Source: Octopus bimaculoides (taxonomy: Eukaryota). Taken from it: a stretch of DNA of 64,000 nucleotides. The notes below the pieces were generated by a model. It did not search any database, was not told the origin of the DNA, and saw nothing but the letters and a program-made list of their open reading frames with translations. Shown here in pieces: positions 1 through 13,883 of the stretch. The stretch is from positions 35,087,642-35,151,641 of the forward strand of contig NC_068991.1 of NCBI RefSeq assembly GCF_001194135.2. Direction: 5' to 3'. Within the stretch, counting starts at the first letter, position 1, and the number at the start of each line of letters is the position of its first letter. The translations under genes were made by a program, and so were the position numbers.

Positions 1-370
1 TCTTGTGAAGTCTTTTGAATGTGGCACTGTCCTTAGCAAGTTTGGTATTCATTTTGTCATTATTGATGGCAGTTAAGGAGAGCATACCTTCCAGATAGGT
101 TAACTTGTCTACCGCATTCAGCTGTTATCCATTGATGATGGTTGGGTTCAACATATGTCTTTCTTGGAGCTGCCTGATGCATCACTTCAGTGTTTTTTGT
201 ACTGATTGTCAGGCTGAAATTTTTAGACATCAGAAAACTTCTCAACACTGTATTGCATATCAACCTTTGAGACAATGTTGAGAGCACAGTCTTTGGCATA
301 CAAAGTCATTGAAACTTTGGTTTTTGTTGAAAGACTCCTGAGATTTAAGCCTGAGCATCAGTGTGGTATC
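1..370 (-). mobile_element. Decayed RTE-clade (BovB-like) LINE reverse transcriptase fragment
   Basis: Minus-strand frames give LNLRSLSTKTKV..TLYAKDCALN (decayed YADD), FSLTISTKNTEVMHQ and NGQQLNAVDKLTYL..KDSATFKRLHK, typical of RTE RT and post-RT regions; frameshifted. Confidence 0.75.
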
Positions 371-3300
371 TACTGTAAAAACCCATGTAATTTGCGCACC
401 TGTATAATTTACGCAGGTGATTTTCAGGATAAAAATTGTTACAAAAAGCTTTTACTAGTGTAAAATTTGCACCCAAAATTTTTCAGAATTGCCAATATGG
501 CCAGGGGAAAAAGGTTTTCAATTTAGTTGTATTTAGCATAATTTCACTTACTTATGATTAGATTTTATGAAATTTTCATTAAATAAAAATAATTTAAAAG
601 GTATCACATTGAAAGCTATTAAATTATGAAGTGTTTGTGTTATTTATAATAAACTTTATTTTACATTTCTTGCCCACAAGAGGTTATGTCCGATCTTTAG
701 CATACTTCTGTATGTCTTCTCAAATCACAATCACAGGAAAAGTTTTTGATAATTCTTATCAACAAAAACAAAGCTGATAAATACACACAAGTATTGCAAA
801 ATAAGTTGAATTACCAATAAACACCAGCTTGGATGACACTTTACTCAACCGACAGAAGAATGTGACTGATCAAACTGATTATGTAAAAAGAATTCTGATT
901 GGTCGAAAGCGTCTTCTTGTCTCAAGCTCTGATCTTCTGCCTATTCTTATCAGAGCCTTTGATACAGAGTATTGCAATTTTAATCCCTTTCACACTTACA
1001 AAATGTCAAGCAAACTTAAAAATTTATCATTACTGTTTTAGCTGGGCGACCAAATTGATAGTTTGTTAACCTGCTAAAATAAACATTAAAAATCAAAAGG
1101 AGAAAATAAACAGTTTTGCAACTTTAACTCAGTTTTTACTGAATAAGAGAGGTGCGAATTTTAAGAAGCTACTTGTCAGAATATACACATCTATGAGAAG
1201 ACATAAACAAGAATAGCAAAAATCTACTACACCAAAAGAACTGCTAATACATACATTACAAGTGTTCTATGAAAAGAACATAAAATTGCTGCATAATTCA
1301 ACATGAATGTGAAACAACATTAAACATCGTATAAGGTAAATGAAGGTTTCTGTAGTGATGCTGAGTCATATTCACTTAGTGAGTTTACGTGCGCAAGGAT
1401 GAATTATGATGTTGTTGTTGTCGACATTAGATGTAGAAAGAGCTGATAGCGGTGATATTGGTGGTGAGGAATTTCATTGTGTCATAATGTGGAGAAAGCG
1501 AACAAATGCAAGCTAGACTCTCTAAGTGGAGAAAAACTGATCAATTGAAGGAAATTGCTGGGCTCCATAGCGATAGGTAGCAACTCCAATCAATGTAAAA
1601 TATGGCCCGGACCGTGATTATCAGCATGACCGTCAAACTTCAAAAAGTTTGTAAAAACCTATTCTGACATTAAATGAGTTAACTTCTTGTATGTCATTTT
1701 TCAACAAAAGAAATTTCTAAAAAAATTCTGGAAACGATCTATTGATGTAATTTACGCACCCCCATCCCACTAAAATTCATTTTTATTTTTGTTTTTGTGA
1801 AAAAATGTGCATAAATTACATGGGTTTCTATGATAATTCCAATATTAATATTTGTATCTTTAAAAGGCATCTGTAAGCGTAACTGAAAATATGAGACTGA
1901 ACAGGGTAGGAGCAAGGACATAAGCCTATTTCACTTTATTGGAGAGAGAGAATGGTTTTGATATCTTTGTTGCTTTGAAATCTGACCAGTATACCATCGT
2001 GTATCTATTGTGATGAATTTTTGGGGGGGATATCCACACTTTGCCATGATTCTTCAACATCTTTCTGTTGCCTGCAAATGAAAAGTAGGGTATTATATGA
2101 TGTTTGCCACAAGTCTTATGGTATTCTTTGTGCTTGTTAAAATGAATGAAGGTTGTATCCTTGAAATCCTGAAGAACAATCACTTTCTTATAGTCTTATA
2201 TAATCTCATTCTTGCTTTCACATTCTTATAGTTGTCAAGCAGAGAACTATTTGTCAATTTAGAACTATTTTGTCAATTTGCCCACACCCAAAACTCTTTA
2301 AGACCTGAGCACAAGATATCTAAGTGACAACTAAAATGCGTAAGAAATACTTGTTAATAGACAATCATGAGATATTCTTGTTTAGTTTTCTAGTTTTGGT
2401 CATTGACTAGTGGTCACACAAAGGGAGTGCTTTCAAAAGTTGGGTAAATCAATTTACTTTTATTTTTATCGAAAAACGAGTTTAGTTTCAGGACTTCTTA
2501 CTTACAAGAAAACTTTGGACTGAATTGACAAGTAGTTGGCAACTATAAGATTGTGGAGGCAAGCTAGTTGTGGTCAAAAAGGAGAATTTGAGATGGTCTT
2601 TGTTGTTAGAGCAAAATGAAAGCAGACAGCAAATGTGGTTTTTATTTGCAACTGTGCTGCATGTAAAGTTACCTTACTTGAAGCGAGTGGTAGATAGTGG
2701 AGGTTCACAAAGTTAGTTAGAGATCCTTTTGTCAAAATCAGAAAACCAAGCTGGAATTTGGAATGAATTTGCAGAGTAAGCAGGCAGTGTAGGTATCTTT
2801 TACTTGCCTGGCAGTCATTTTACCTCTTGGTATGAATGTTGGATATTTAATAATTCAGGAGGCTGAAAGTTTAATTGACCTGTGCAAGATTTGACCACTG
2901 AGCTGCAACTAGCTGTCGAAAGGTATTTTATCCAACACTCTGCTACCTCCCACCTTCATCCACATATAATAATGAGTAATGTGTATTCATTCGCTATTGC
3001 AGTAAGAAATTGATATAAAAGTAGAAGACTATGAGACACTGTAAATTTTTCAATGTTTTCCAAATAACAATATTTTTGTAAAATTAGTATAATCTTTAAT
3101 TACATTTCCATAAACCATTCAGTGTACCAGTAAAAAAAATGTTATTGGTAAAACTGCTGTCATCTGTGTCATCATATATCATTGTGTCCTATTTTTGATT
3201 GGTGGCTATTGGCCTTCACCTGGCTGTGAAAAGTTTTTTAATTTTTAATATCTTGAGTCTGAAGATGAATAATGTTTTAGCATTTATCACTTTGGAAATA

Positions 3301-3605
3301 ATAAAGCCAGTTTTGATAGGTTAACATATATTTAAAAAATAGCAACTTTCAAACTTTCTTGGTTATTATAATATTTAAACGACTGAAATTATCTCTCACT
3401 CCATTTTCATCTCTTTCTCCCTCTTCCTTTCCCCCACTTTCTTTTTACACATATTTGCAACAAAACTGAAAATATGTTAAAAATGTGAAGAATTTCCCTC
3501 TCATGAAACTAACAGCATGATACATCTTTTGGTTTGTATTTTTAATATAGTGACTTAGTGGTGTACATAATCAATACTTGCATGCAAGAAAAAATGTCTA
3601 TTGTA

Positions 3606-4802
3606 TGAAGGTTGGCTGAAAAGTTCATAAGCTGACCAAGATACTCTCATGGAATGTAACCAAATGAGGTTTATTTTTCAATATAGTCCCTGTTGCAGTC
3701 CACACTCTTCTTCCATTGATGTTACAGCACTTGGATCCTGTTGGTGGAAAAGTTTTCATCCTGTTGGTCAAAAATGTCATTAACAGCAGATATGATGTCA
3801 TCATCACTGCAATACTGGTTCCCAGCCAAGTGTTTTTTTCATGTTGGGGAACAGATGGTAGTCAGATGGGGCCAAATCAGGAGAATAGGGTGAGTGATGA
3901 ACCAGATCAAAACCACAGTCGTGCACAGCAGCTATTGAAAACAAGGACTTGTGTGCTGGAGCCTTGTCCTGTTGAAACAAGACACCTCTCATTGGATTTT
4001 TGGGGTATTTTGTCATTGACAGTCTTTCATAACTGCAAGTCAGCATAATACTGCCCATTGATGGTATGGTCCTCTTGAAGATAGTCAATAAACACAATGC
4101 TTTTTGCATCCCAAAAAACTGAGGCCATCACTTTCCCTGAAGTTCAAACAACCATGGCCCTCTTTGGAGCAAGTGAAGAGGGTTGTTTCCACTGCATAAC
4201 TTGTCACTTTGTCTCTAGTTCAAAGTGATGAATCCAACACTTATTGTGGGTTAGGAAATCTTTAAGGAAACCAGCTGGACCTGCTTCAAACAATGTCAGA
4301 TTCATTGTACAGAATATTCTCAACTCTCTTACGGGATATACTAATAGTATTGGTTGTTTTATTTATAGTCAGTTGCTTGTCATCCACCCCTATGTATTGA
4401 ATGTGGTCAATGTTTTCCTTGGTGGTAGCAGTTGCAGGATGTCCATCTTCATCTTCATGATTCTCCTTTTCCCTCCTAAATTCAGCTGCCCATTTTTACA
4501 CTGTTGATAAAGCTGGAGCATCATCCTCTAACATAGCAACCATTTCAGCATGAATGTCGTTGTGCGGTGGGTTATACCCTTTTTCTGCAGGTATTTGGTA
4601 AGACCATGATGCAAAATTTTGTCCATTTTTTAAAGAAAAGTTGCTACAACATACTTTTGAAATCTTCTTTGAATAATCAGATATCAGTTTAACTAGAAAG
4701 AAACGATGTAATAAGAAGAGTTGAAATTAATGCATGTAAGATTTCACGGCTCTAGCATCACTCCTTCTTAGTCATCCTATGAACTTTTCAGCCCATCCTT
4801 GT
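3606..4802 (-). mobile_element. Decayed mariner (Tc1/mariner) transposon
   Basis: Imperfect TIRs (tgaaggttggctgaaaagttcata / tatgaacttttcagcccatcctt). Minus-strand motifs WIHHFELETK, QQDKAPAH and HSPYSPDLAPSDYHLFP. Confidence 0.85.
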
Positions 4803-5191
4803 CACACAATGAAGTAGTTAAGTTGGGTTAAGGTATGGAACTTATAATTATGTAGATATGATTTCAAACCTTTCAATAACTATTATGTTATTCCTCTGAC
4901 CAAGATATGTAACACTGTGTACTACAATCTACTAAGTTAAGAAACAGGCTCTTTCTTACTTTGCAGTAAAATTGCAAGTAGAGAAATCTGTTAATGACTT
5001 TCCAAATTACATTAGTAAAAATGTCTTCAACCAGGAATAAAGTTAGATTCCATTTGTTTGCAAGCTTCCAAGAATTCTGTGCCATTGTATAGTTTCAGGG
5101 AAAAGAATGGATAAGGTAATAACCTATGTAATGGTACTTAGTACATCTTCAAAATAATACTAAATCTCAATAGAAGTCGCTATGTATCTAA

Positions 5192-5431
<240 letters not shown>

Positions 5432-5636
5432 TAAGTAATTCTCTTTTGTCCTAAAGTTATGTAACTGTCAAAATATATAATGCTTATTGATTCTTTTTCA
5501 TGTAAAAACTCTGTGTGTGTTTGTAAAATATAAACACTTGTGAAAATGGCAAGCTCACTAGTTAAAATACCATGCAGTATTTTGCTATGTCTCTTTACCT
5601 TCTTAATTCAAATCCTTCCAGGTTGACTTTGCTTTT

Positions 5637-5846
5637 CATCATCATCATTCATCATCCATTGTCCATTGCTGGTATGGGTTGGACAGTTTGACCAGAGCTG
5701 GCAAGCTGGAGAGCTGCATCAGGCTCCAATCTGATTTGGCATAGTTTCTACAGCCGGATGCCCTTCTTAATGCCAACCTCTTTACGGAGTGTGTTGGGTG
5801 CTTTTACATGGCACCGCATGAGCACTTTTAGATGGCACTGGCACAG
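5637..5846 (-). repeat. Dispersed copy of RTE 3' UTR / SINE-like tail
   Basis: Shares ggctccaatctgatttggca..ggatgcccttc with 8731-8900; (CAT)n end. Confidence 0.7.
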
Positions 5847-7579
5847 GACTCTTGTTGGCCAATCCTCTTCACCAGGGTTCTTAACACTTCTGCTGTAGAC
5901 TATATCCCTTTCTCATAATTTTTGACCTTGTGCTAGTGTTAACAATCGTCATATTGTATAGAAATATTATTTCGTTAGCAATTTTTGTTTTTGTCCTCTG
6001 CATTTACAAGACATATTCTGCCACTTTTCTTTCTTTCTTTATTATAAACCACTGCTGTTGGGTTTGTACCAAATATTTTATTTCTCTCTCTGAATTGCAC
6101 TAGTAGATTAGTTCCTAGTAATCTCGGTGACTATCTGCTTAAACTTACAATATGGATTTGTGTATCTCATTGTCAGTAATAGCTGGAGATAATTCTAAAT
6201 ATAATATAATACTGATATACTAAGAAAAATCTGTAAGTATTAGTATTTTGCATTAACTTAAATTTTATGACTTAATCAAGGGAATCATTGTGTTTAATGG
6301 TTTATGTATTTTCTATTTTTACTGAATGGTAAATTGAAATTTGAAATTAGACAAGTATGAAAGTTGAATAAAGAGAAAAGGTATTTTGGTGGAATAGAAT
6401 GAAACCAAAATATATAGATAACTAAAAAAAAAAAAGATTTACATTGTATTAGTCAAAATAATAAAGTAAAGAAGAAAAAGAGAATATAATTGATAAAATT
6501 CTGCTGAATCATTTATAGTCATCATCATATGTTCATGTTCCAAACTTTTATGGGTTAGGCAGTTTGAAAGGATCCAATAGGTTCAAGGATTGCAATCCTT
6601 GAACCTATTGGATCCTTTGGCATGGTTTCTCCAGCTGAATGACTTTCCTAATGCCAAACAGTTTACAATATGTACTGGGTGCCTCTTTCATGCTACCAGT
6701 ACTAGTGAAGGTACCATGCAGCTTGTAAGATTATGAACTGAGAGAGATGTGGCTTTATGTTAGGAGATGATGGGTTAAAATATGTGAGAAGGGTCCAGAT
6801 CAGAACAGGTTTCTTGCTGTAAAAAGAACTACACTGTTATTTATATTTTAGAGTGGAAGACAGGATGATTGGGGTCAAACTGAGAAGAGATAAAAATAGT
6901 GAGGATGTGGTGTCTGAGTGAACCCTCAAGGTACAAGGTTTATAGAAGTAGGTGTGGACAGAAAAATGAAAACTGAAGTAGGTGAGTAGAGGTTGCAAGA
7001 GTGTATGGGAAATTTGTGAGAGAGTGAATATAATGATGAAGAGGTTGCTGTAGTGAATGGTGAATAAGGGGTGAGTAGGGAGTGACCAATGATGCAGGGA
7101 TGTGAAGAGCAGCAAAATAGTAATGAGGATATAGTAGACATTGGAAGGATCAGAGAGAGAGATTGTGTTTGGTTGGGTAGGTTGCCAGTATGTAGATGGA
7201 AGAGAGGCAGGCATAGTGCATGGAGAAAGAGAGAGCTATAGGGTGATATAAAATCTCCTTTCTTATACCGGAAATTCCTCCTTTTATACCAATGATTCTG
7301 TTCAAGGCTCTGCTCCTGCACCAACACCAATACGGATAACCTCTCCTCTGTACCGGAAAACTGAATTTAATCTTTGACCCGTTTATGTTTGCAGTAATAA
7401 CACATATTAAAAACATTTGTACTACACTCACTCACAATAGGGGTAACAATTTTTCTAACGTGATTGAATGCCAGTGGATTAAAGCAAGTCCAACCCTTAT
7501 GACATGTCTATTACCAAACACTCATTGAAACCTTTTCAAATGCCAAATAGCATCCCCTCTTCCCCTGTCCTTTTCTAAG

Positions 7580-7990
7580 TTTTCAGAATTGGCACTGTCA
7601 GTGTAAGCATGTTGAAAGGTAGGTCTGGTGAGATTGTTGAGATACTTGAATGGAGGCATGTTGATGCATGTTGCTTTCAAGAGGTAAGGTGGAGGGGAGC
7701 CTCAGCCAGGTTCCTTACAGACAAGACACATAGGTATAAACTCTTCTGTGAAGGTGATGGAGTAGGTGGTGTGGGCATATTTCTTGCAGAGAAAGGGGTT
7801 GATAAGGTCATAGAAGAAGCCAAAGTGTGCGATAGAGTACTTAAGCCCAGGCTAGTTTTGCAGAATAGTGCTGCAACAATTATTTCTGCTTATGCCTCCC
7901 CCCCCCCAGCAGGTCTACCAAATGAAGAAAAGGACTGCTTTTATGATATCCTTCTGCAAGATATGAATCACTTGCATTGTGAAATCATTG
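7580..7990 (+). mobile_element. RTE LINE AP-endonuclease 5' fragment
   Basis: LKGRSGEIVEILE..VDACCFQEVRWRGASARFL..GVGIFLAEK..IISAYA; clearly paralogous to the 12355-12660 and 11531-12457 ORF pieces. Confidence 0.8.
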
Positions 7991-8039
7991 TCGTGGTAGA
8001 TACTGGTGTCATGCAACTGGCACCAGAGCTTGCGGAATT

Positions 8040-8484
8040 CAAAAGCACCCATTACACTCTCAGAGTGGTTGGCATTAGGAAGGGCATCCACCCCTAGAAA
8101 CCGTGCCAAATCAGACGGGAGTCTTGTGCATCCCCTCAGATTACTAACCCTGGTCAAACCATCCAATCCATGCCAGCACGGACAATGGACATTATATGAT
8201 GATGATGCTTCATATGTCCATATCAGTGTAGTCTTCTTATACACTACATCTAATTCTGCCTATGCCCAGTCTTTCATGCATGCCTGTGTTGCACATTGCC
8301 TGTACTGGTGCCATGTAAAAAGCACTCAGTCTACTCTGCAGAGTGGTTGGTGTTAAGAAAGGCATCCAGCCGTAAAACTATGCCAAAATAGACAGTGAAG
8401 CATGGTGCAGCTCCTGTCAAACCATCCAACCCATTCCAGCATGGAAAGCGGATGTTAAATGATGATGATGATGATGATGATGAT
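8040..8484 (+). repeat. Two tandem RTE 3' UTR / SINE-like tail copies
   Basis: Two copies of ..aagggcatcca..aaaccatccaa(t/c)cca..cagca..gatgatgat, each ending in (GAT)n. Confidence 0.7.
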
Positions 8485-8730
8485 TGATGCAGAATGAACT
8501 TGTATTACGTGGATTGAGGATTTGTTATATATAGCAGCTTACTGAAGAGTTATGAGCTTTTACTTTGTCACCTGACTTAGCATATTAACTCCACATGTTT
8601 CAGTAAATTTTTTGCAGTCTTTCAAGTGAGGACTACTTTTTTGCAAAGGATAGTGTCTTTCATTAAAGGTGGAATGACTATATTTTAACTGTTTATGTGG
8701 TTAGGTTTTACCCAAGCTGGTATGCTATAT

Positions 8731-11700
8731 CATCATCATCATCATCATCATCGTTTAACGTCCGCTTTCCATGCTAGCATGGGTTGGACGATTTGACTGA
8801 GGACTGGTGAACCAGATGGCTACACCAGGCTCCAATCTGATTTGGCAGAGTTTCTACAGCTGGATGCCCTTCCTAACGTCAACCACTCAGAGAGTGTAGG
8901 AGGTGCTTTTACATGCCACCCGCATGAAGGCTGGTCAGGAGGTACTGGCAACGGCCAAGCTCGAAATGGCGTATTTTACGTGCCACTTGCACAGGAGCCA
9001 GTCCAGCGGGACTGGCAACGAACTCATTCGAATGTCTTCTCACGTGCCACTGCCACAAGTGCCAGGAAGGTGACGTTGGTAACAGTCATGTTCAAATGGT
9101 GCTATTTATGTGCCACTGGCACAAAGCCAGACAGCTGGTGCTCTGGCAACGATCACGCTAGGATGGTGCTCTTAGTGATTTACTGGTACTGGTGTCATCA
9201 CGATTTTGCTTTCGCTTGCCGCAACAGGTCTTCGCAAGCCGAGTTTAGTGTTCAATGAAGACGTTGGCATGGGTGCCAGTCTACAAATTTAGTTCGATTT
9301 CGATTTCACTTGGTTCAACAGGTCTTCGCAAGCGGAGTTTAGTTTCCATAGAAAGAATGTTACGCATAAGTGGGCTGGCTACATCCCTGGCAGAGGCCTT
9401 GGATTGTGGTCTCACTTGGCTTGCCGGGTCTTCTAACGTACAGCATATTTCCAAAGGTCTCTGTCAGAAGTCATTGCCTCGGTGATGCCTAAAGTTCAGA
9501 GGTCGTGCTTCACCACCTCATCCCAGGTCTTCCTGGGCCTGCCTCTTCCACGGGGTTCCCTCAGCCGCTAGAGTGTAGCACTTCTTCACACAGCTATCCT
9601 CATCCATTCTCGCCACATGTCCATATCAGCACAATCATCTCTCTTACACACCACAATTGATGCTTCTTAGGTCTAATTTTTCTCTCAAGATACTTACACT
9701 CTGTCAGGTATGCACACTGACATCACTCATCCATTGGTGCATACTGGCTTCATTCCTTGTGAGCTTACGCATGTCCTCAGCAGTCAAGGCTCATGTTTCA
9801 CTGCCATGTAACATGGCTGTTCGTACACATGCGTCATACAGTCTGCCTTTTACTCTGAGTGAGAGGCCCTTTGTCGCCAGCAGAGGTAAGAGCTCTCTGA
9901 ACTTTGCCCAGGCTATTCTTATTCTAGCAGCTACACTTTCAGTGCACCCACCCCAACTACTAATTTGGTCACCCAGATAGCGGAAGCTATCAACTACCTC
10001 TAGTTTTTCTCCCTGGAATGAAACAGAAGTTGTTTCCTGTTTGTTTACAGTGTTTATTGCACATGAACATCTGGCACATAAAAAAACTAACTTCCTAGTT
10101 AACATGCCTTTGATATTGCTGCACCTCTTATGTGTCCATAGCTTGCATTGGGTACATCTTATAGAAGGGGTTTGTGTTTTGTCTACCTTCCTACTTATTA
10201 GAACTTTGGTTTTAGGTAAGTTGAACCTAAGGCCCTTCGATTCTAGTCCCTGCTTCCACACCTGAAACTTATTCTCTAGTTCTGATAGAGATTCAGCAAT
10301 TAGTGCAAGGTCATCAGCATAGAGGAGCTCCTAGGGGCATCATGTCTTGAATTCCTCTGTTATCGCCTGGAGGACTATGATAAATAGGAGGGGGCTAAGG
10401 ACAGAACCTTGGTGGACCCCTACCTCTACCCGGAATTCATTACTGTACTCATTTCCAACCCTCACCTTACTGGCAGCGCCTTTGTACATGGCTCACACAG
10501 CTCTCACTAACCATTCTTCTATCCCAAGTTTCCTCATTGACCACCAGATAAGGGATCGGGGGACCCTGTCAAAGGCTTTCTCCATGTCAACGAAAGCCAG
10601 CTACAGAGGTTTATCCTTGGCTAGGTATTTCTCCTGCAGCTGTCTTACCAGAAATATAGCATCAGTGGTGCTTTTCCCTGGCACGAACCCAAACTGCATC
10701 TCNNNNNNNNNNNNNNNNNNNNNNNNNNNNNNNNNNNNNNNNNNNNNNNNNNNNNNNNNNNNNNNNNNNNNNNNNNNNNNNNNNNNNNNNNNNNNNNNNN
10801 NNNNNNNNNNNNNNNNNNNNNNNNNNNNNNNNNNNNNNNNNNNNNNNNNNNNNNNNNNNNNNNNNNNNNNNNNNNNNNNNNNNNNNNNNNNNNNNNNNNN
10901 NNNNNNNNNNNNNNNNNNNNNNNNNNNNNNNNNNNNNNNNAACCTGATCTAACAGCTTGATGCCTCTGTAATTATTTGTATCTAAAGCGTCACCTTTACC
11001 TTTGTAGCAGTTGACTATGGTGCTGCTACACCAGTCATTGGGTATGACTCCTTCGTGTATCACCTGGTTCGTAATACGGGTGACTAGGCTATAGCCGACA
11101 CTGCCAGATATTTTGAGCATCTCTGCAGTGATTCCTGATGGGCCGGGGGGCTTTCCCTGTCTTCATACTCTTAATTGCTTTATCTACCATGGAACTGTCA
11201 ACTCGGATAGCTGGTCCCTCTGTTGGGTCAACATTCGGCAGACTCTCTTTCTCCCATTCATTCTCTTTATTGAGCAATCTTTCATACTGGCATCTCCAAA
11301 CCTCTTTCTTTGCAGCCTCATTTAGAGCAAGCGTACCATCATCCATGCGAACACATTTCTCTCCCACGACATCACGATTCTCTCTCACAGACTGTCTTAC
11401 AACACGAAATTCTTCAAGTCTTTGGTCCTCACAGTGCAGAACATTGGCAAACTTTTTTTTATCTGCTTCCCCTCTGGCTAGATAAACCTGTCGCCTAGCT
11501 TCCCTTCTAGCAGTCTTATACAATTCCCTGCTACCTCCGTTCTTCCAGTCCTTCCAAGCCTTGTTTCTTTTGTCTGGTCGCCCTGTCAACCACACTGTTC
11601 CACCACCAAGTTACTTTGGGTCGGGAGGGGACTTTACACCATCCACAGATCTGGTCGGTGGCACTCAGCAGGTTGTCCCGTAGGAACCTCCAGTTGTCTT

Positions 11701-12870
11701 CCATGTTGTATGATGCTATTTCCCCTTCTATTTCGTCAAATGCTTCAAGTAGTATGTCTCTAAATCTCTGTCCGTTTGCTGGATCTTTAAGTTTCCAAAC
11801 CCTTCTCCTCCAATTCGGTCTACTTCTGGGCACCCATATTGCCTTGATCTCGAATCTGTGTTGAGGGGTACATTCTTTACCTGGGAAGGTTTTGGCATTT
11901 ATAAGCCGCCCTCTTTCCCTATTTCTGGCGAGGATGTAGTCGATTTGGCTAGAGTGTCTGCTGGAGCGGTAGGTGACTAGGTGACAGGCAGGTTTCTTGA
12001 AGTTGGTATTGCAAACCATAAGATTGTTTGCATCACAGAACTCCAGCTGTCTGGTTCCCTCCTCATTGCGGGAACCGAAGCCATAGCCTCCATGAATGCC
12101 ATGGAAGCCCCCTGCATGACGTCCAACATGTCCATTGAAATCGCCAGCCACAAAGAGAAGGTCCCTGTCATTTGTCAACGAGGTAGTTTGCAGGAGGGTG
12201 TCGTAGAATTGGTCTTTCTGCCCATCCGGTAGCCCCGGTTGAGGGGCATAGGCCGAGATGACGGTAGCTAACCTATGATGAAGCACTAGCCTAATCTTAA
12301 GTACTCTGTCACATGTTCTAACTACCTTGATTACCTTATCAACCCATTTCTCTGCTAGGAGTATTCCCATGCCCTGACCCCGTAAGTGTTCCCTGCCCAG
12401 AAAACCTTGTGCCTGTGTTCTTTGCCTGTGAGGAACCTTGCGGAACCTCCTCTCCATCTAACTTCTTGGATGCAGCACAAATCTACGCGTCTCCGTTCAA
12501 ACATCTCAATAATCTCACCAGACCTACCTTTCAGCGTGCCGACGTTGAGAGTGACAATTCTGATGGTGTGGGAGGAGTGGGCCCGTGTGACCCTGAGATG
12601 GAGAAAAGCAGTGTCGTGTACCTGAAAAGAAAGCTTGCATTTGGCAGAATTCATAAACAAAACAATACCTACAACCTGCTTATACTACACAATCTTTATG
12701 CGCTATAAGGTCGATAAGAGGGGAGGGGTGGTATAAGGTCACTAGCAGTGTTCGCGGGAGACAGCTAAGGATGGTAGATGATCTAAACTTCCGGTAATGG
12801 TGGAGGGGGTCGGAGGGCTTTCATACTGTGAGCTAAGAGAGCTTCGTCGTAGTTCTATCAGCAGAGAGAT
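8731..12870 (-). mobile_element. Near full-length RTE-clade LINE (APE + RT, frameshifted) with long 3' UTR and (GAT)n tail
   Basis: APE motifs TLNVGTL, IQEVRW, GDFNGHVG, IDYIL. RT motifs NYRGIKLL, QFGFVPG, DMEKAFD, QGSVLSP, YADD. C-terminal LYDACVRTAMLHGSET. 3' UTR ~9490-8731 ends in (CAT)n on plus. The 5' boundary is approximate; N gap at 10703-10940. Confidence 0.9.
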
Positions 12871-12939
12871 TCGAAGACGAATTAGGATGAAGTTGGAAAT
12901 AGAACTGGTTATATAGAGTTAGGGTCACGTACGAGTCGA

Positions 12940-13066
12940 AGAGAGAGAGAGGGAGAGAGAGAAGTAGTGATACAGGGGGAGAGAGGGAAATAGTGGTGCA
13001 GAGAGAGTAAGGCAGAGAGTGAGGCACAGAGAGTGAGGCACAGAGAGAGAGAGAGAGAGAGAGAGG
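12940..13066. repeat. GA-rich microsatellite tract
   Basis: Degenerate and pure (GA)n runs. Confidence 0.8.
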
Positions 13067-13521
13067 TACAGGCAACAGTACATCACGCTGGTTAAATTCC
13101 TTGGGTTTTTAGAACAAAGTTGAAAGAGACAGCAGTATATAAATCATGAGATTAAATGCTTAAATCGGTAACATAATTAAATGAGAATTAAATTGTAATT
13201 TTTAAAGGAAGGAGAGACAAAATTTTAGACAGTTTTGGTCTTAGAGGAGCATAACTTGAATAAAGTAAAGAAAAAGCGATAACTTGAATAAGGTAAAGAA
13301 AAGAAATACATAAATAAGCATGAATTTAAGACAAAACAGAGATCGAGTGATGTTTACATGGAAAAAAAAAAAATATATANNNNNNNNNNNNNNNNNNNNN
13401 NNNNNNNNNNNNNNNNNNNNNNNNNNNNNNNNNNNNNNNNNNNNNNNNNNNNNNNNNNNNNNNNNNNNNNNNNNNNNNNNNNNNNNNNNNNNNNNNNNNN
13501 NNNNNNNNNNNNNNNNNNNNN

Positions 13522-13557
<36 letters not shown>

Positions 13558-13774
13558 CTGTATCTGTGAATTAAAATAATATATTCTGTGGCATAAGCTT
13601 GTTGAAATAGGGTTCTTCATGAGATCATCACTAGTATCCTTGTTTGTTGAAGACTCCTCACAATCAAGCACAGGAATTCCCACTGCATGGCTTGCATATG
13701 TATAGTTATTTGTAAAAAGAAATTGGTTGGTTAATTTCAGCTCATTGTAATTTCCTGTTCAACATCCATTTCAG

Positions 13775-13883
13775 ATCCGCTGTGGCATGTATTGGAGCTA
13801 TGTATGAAAAACTTGGACGTATGGTCGGGCGCTCCTATGAAGATACTATTCAAATTCTCATAAAATCCTTGAGAAATGCTGAG
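13775..13883 (+). CDS. HEATR5B: HEATR5B exon: (L)SAVACIGAMYEKLGRMVGRSYEDTIQILIKSLRNAE
   Basis: tttcag / gttagt boundaries; phase 2 to 0, joins in frame with the previous exon. Confidence 0.92.

Noticed and set aside
275-463. ORF MLRAQSLAYKVIE.. as the missing first HEATR5B exon
   Set aside because: It is the antisense of the RTE RT remnant, lacks the EWLRFLDK motif I expect, and has no suitable donor.
1380-1640. Possible HEATR5B promoter or first exon
   Set aside because: Only slightly CpG-richer than the surroundings; no coding match or clear promoter elements.
6837-7431. Overlapping minus-strand ORFs of 93-134 aa
   Set aside because: Purine-rich low-complexity tract with no recognisable domain or splice context.
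8940-9200. CRISPR-like repeat-spacer array
   Set aside because: Eukaryotic context, degenerate tandem subrepeats with no unique spacers, and no cas genes.
8842-9485. Plus-strand ORFs in the SINE-like region (also 36832-37251)
   Set aside because: Antisense readings of the RTE 3' UTR repeat.
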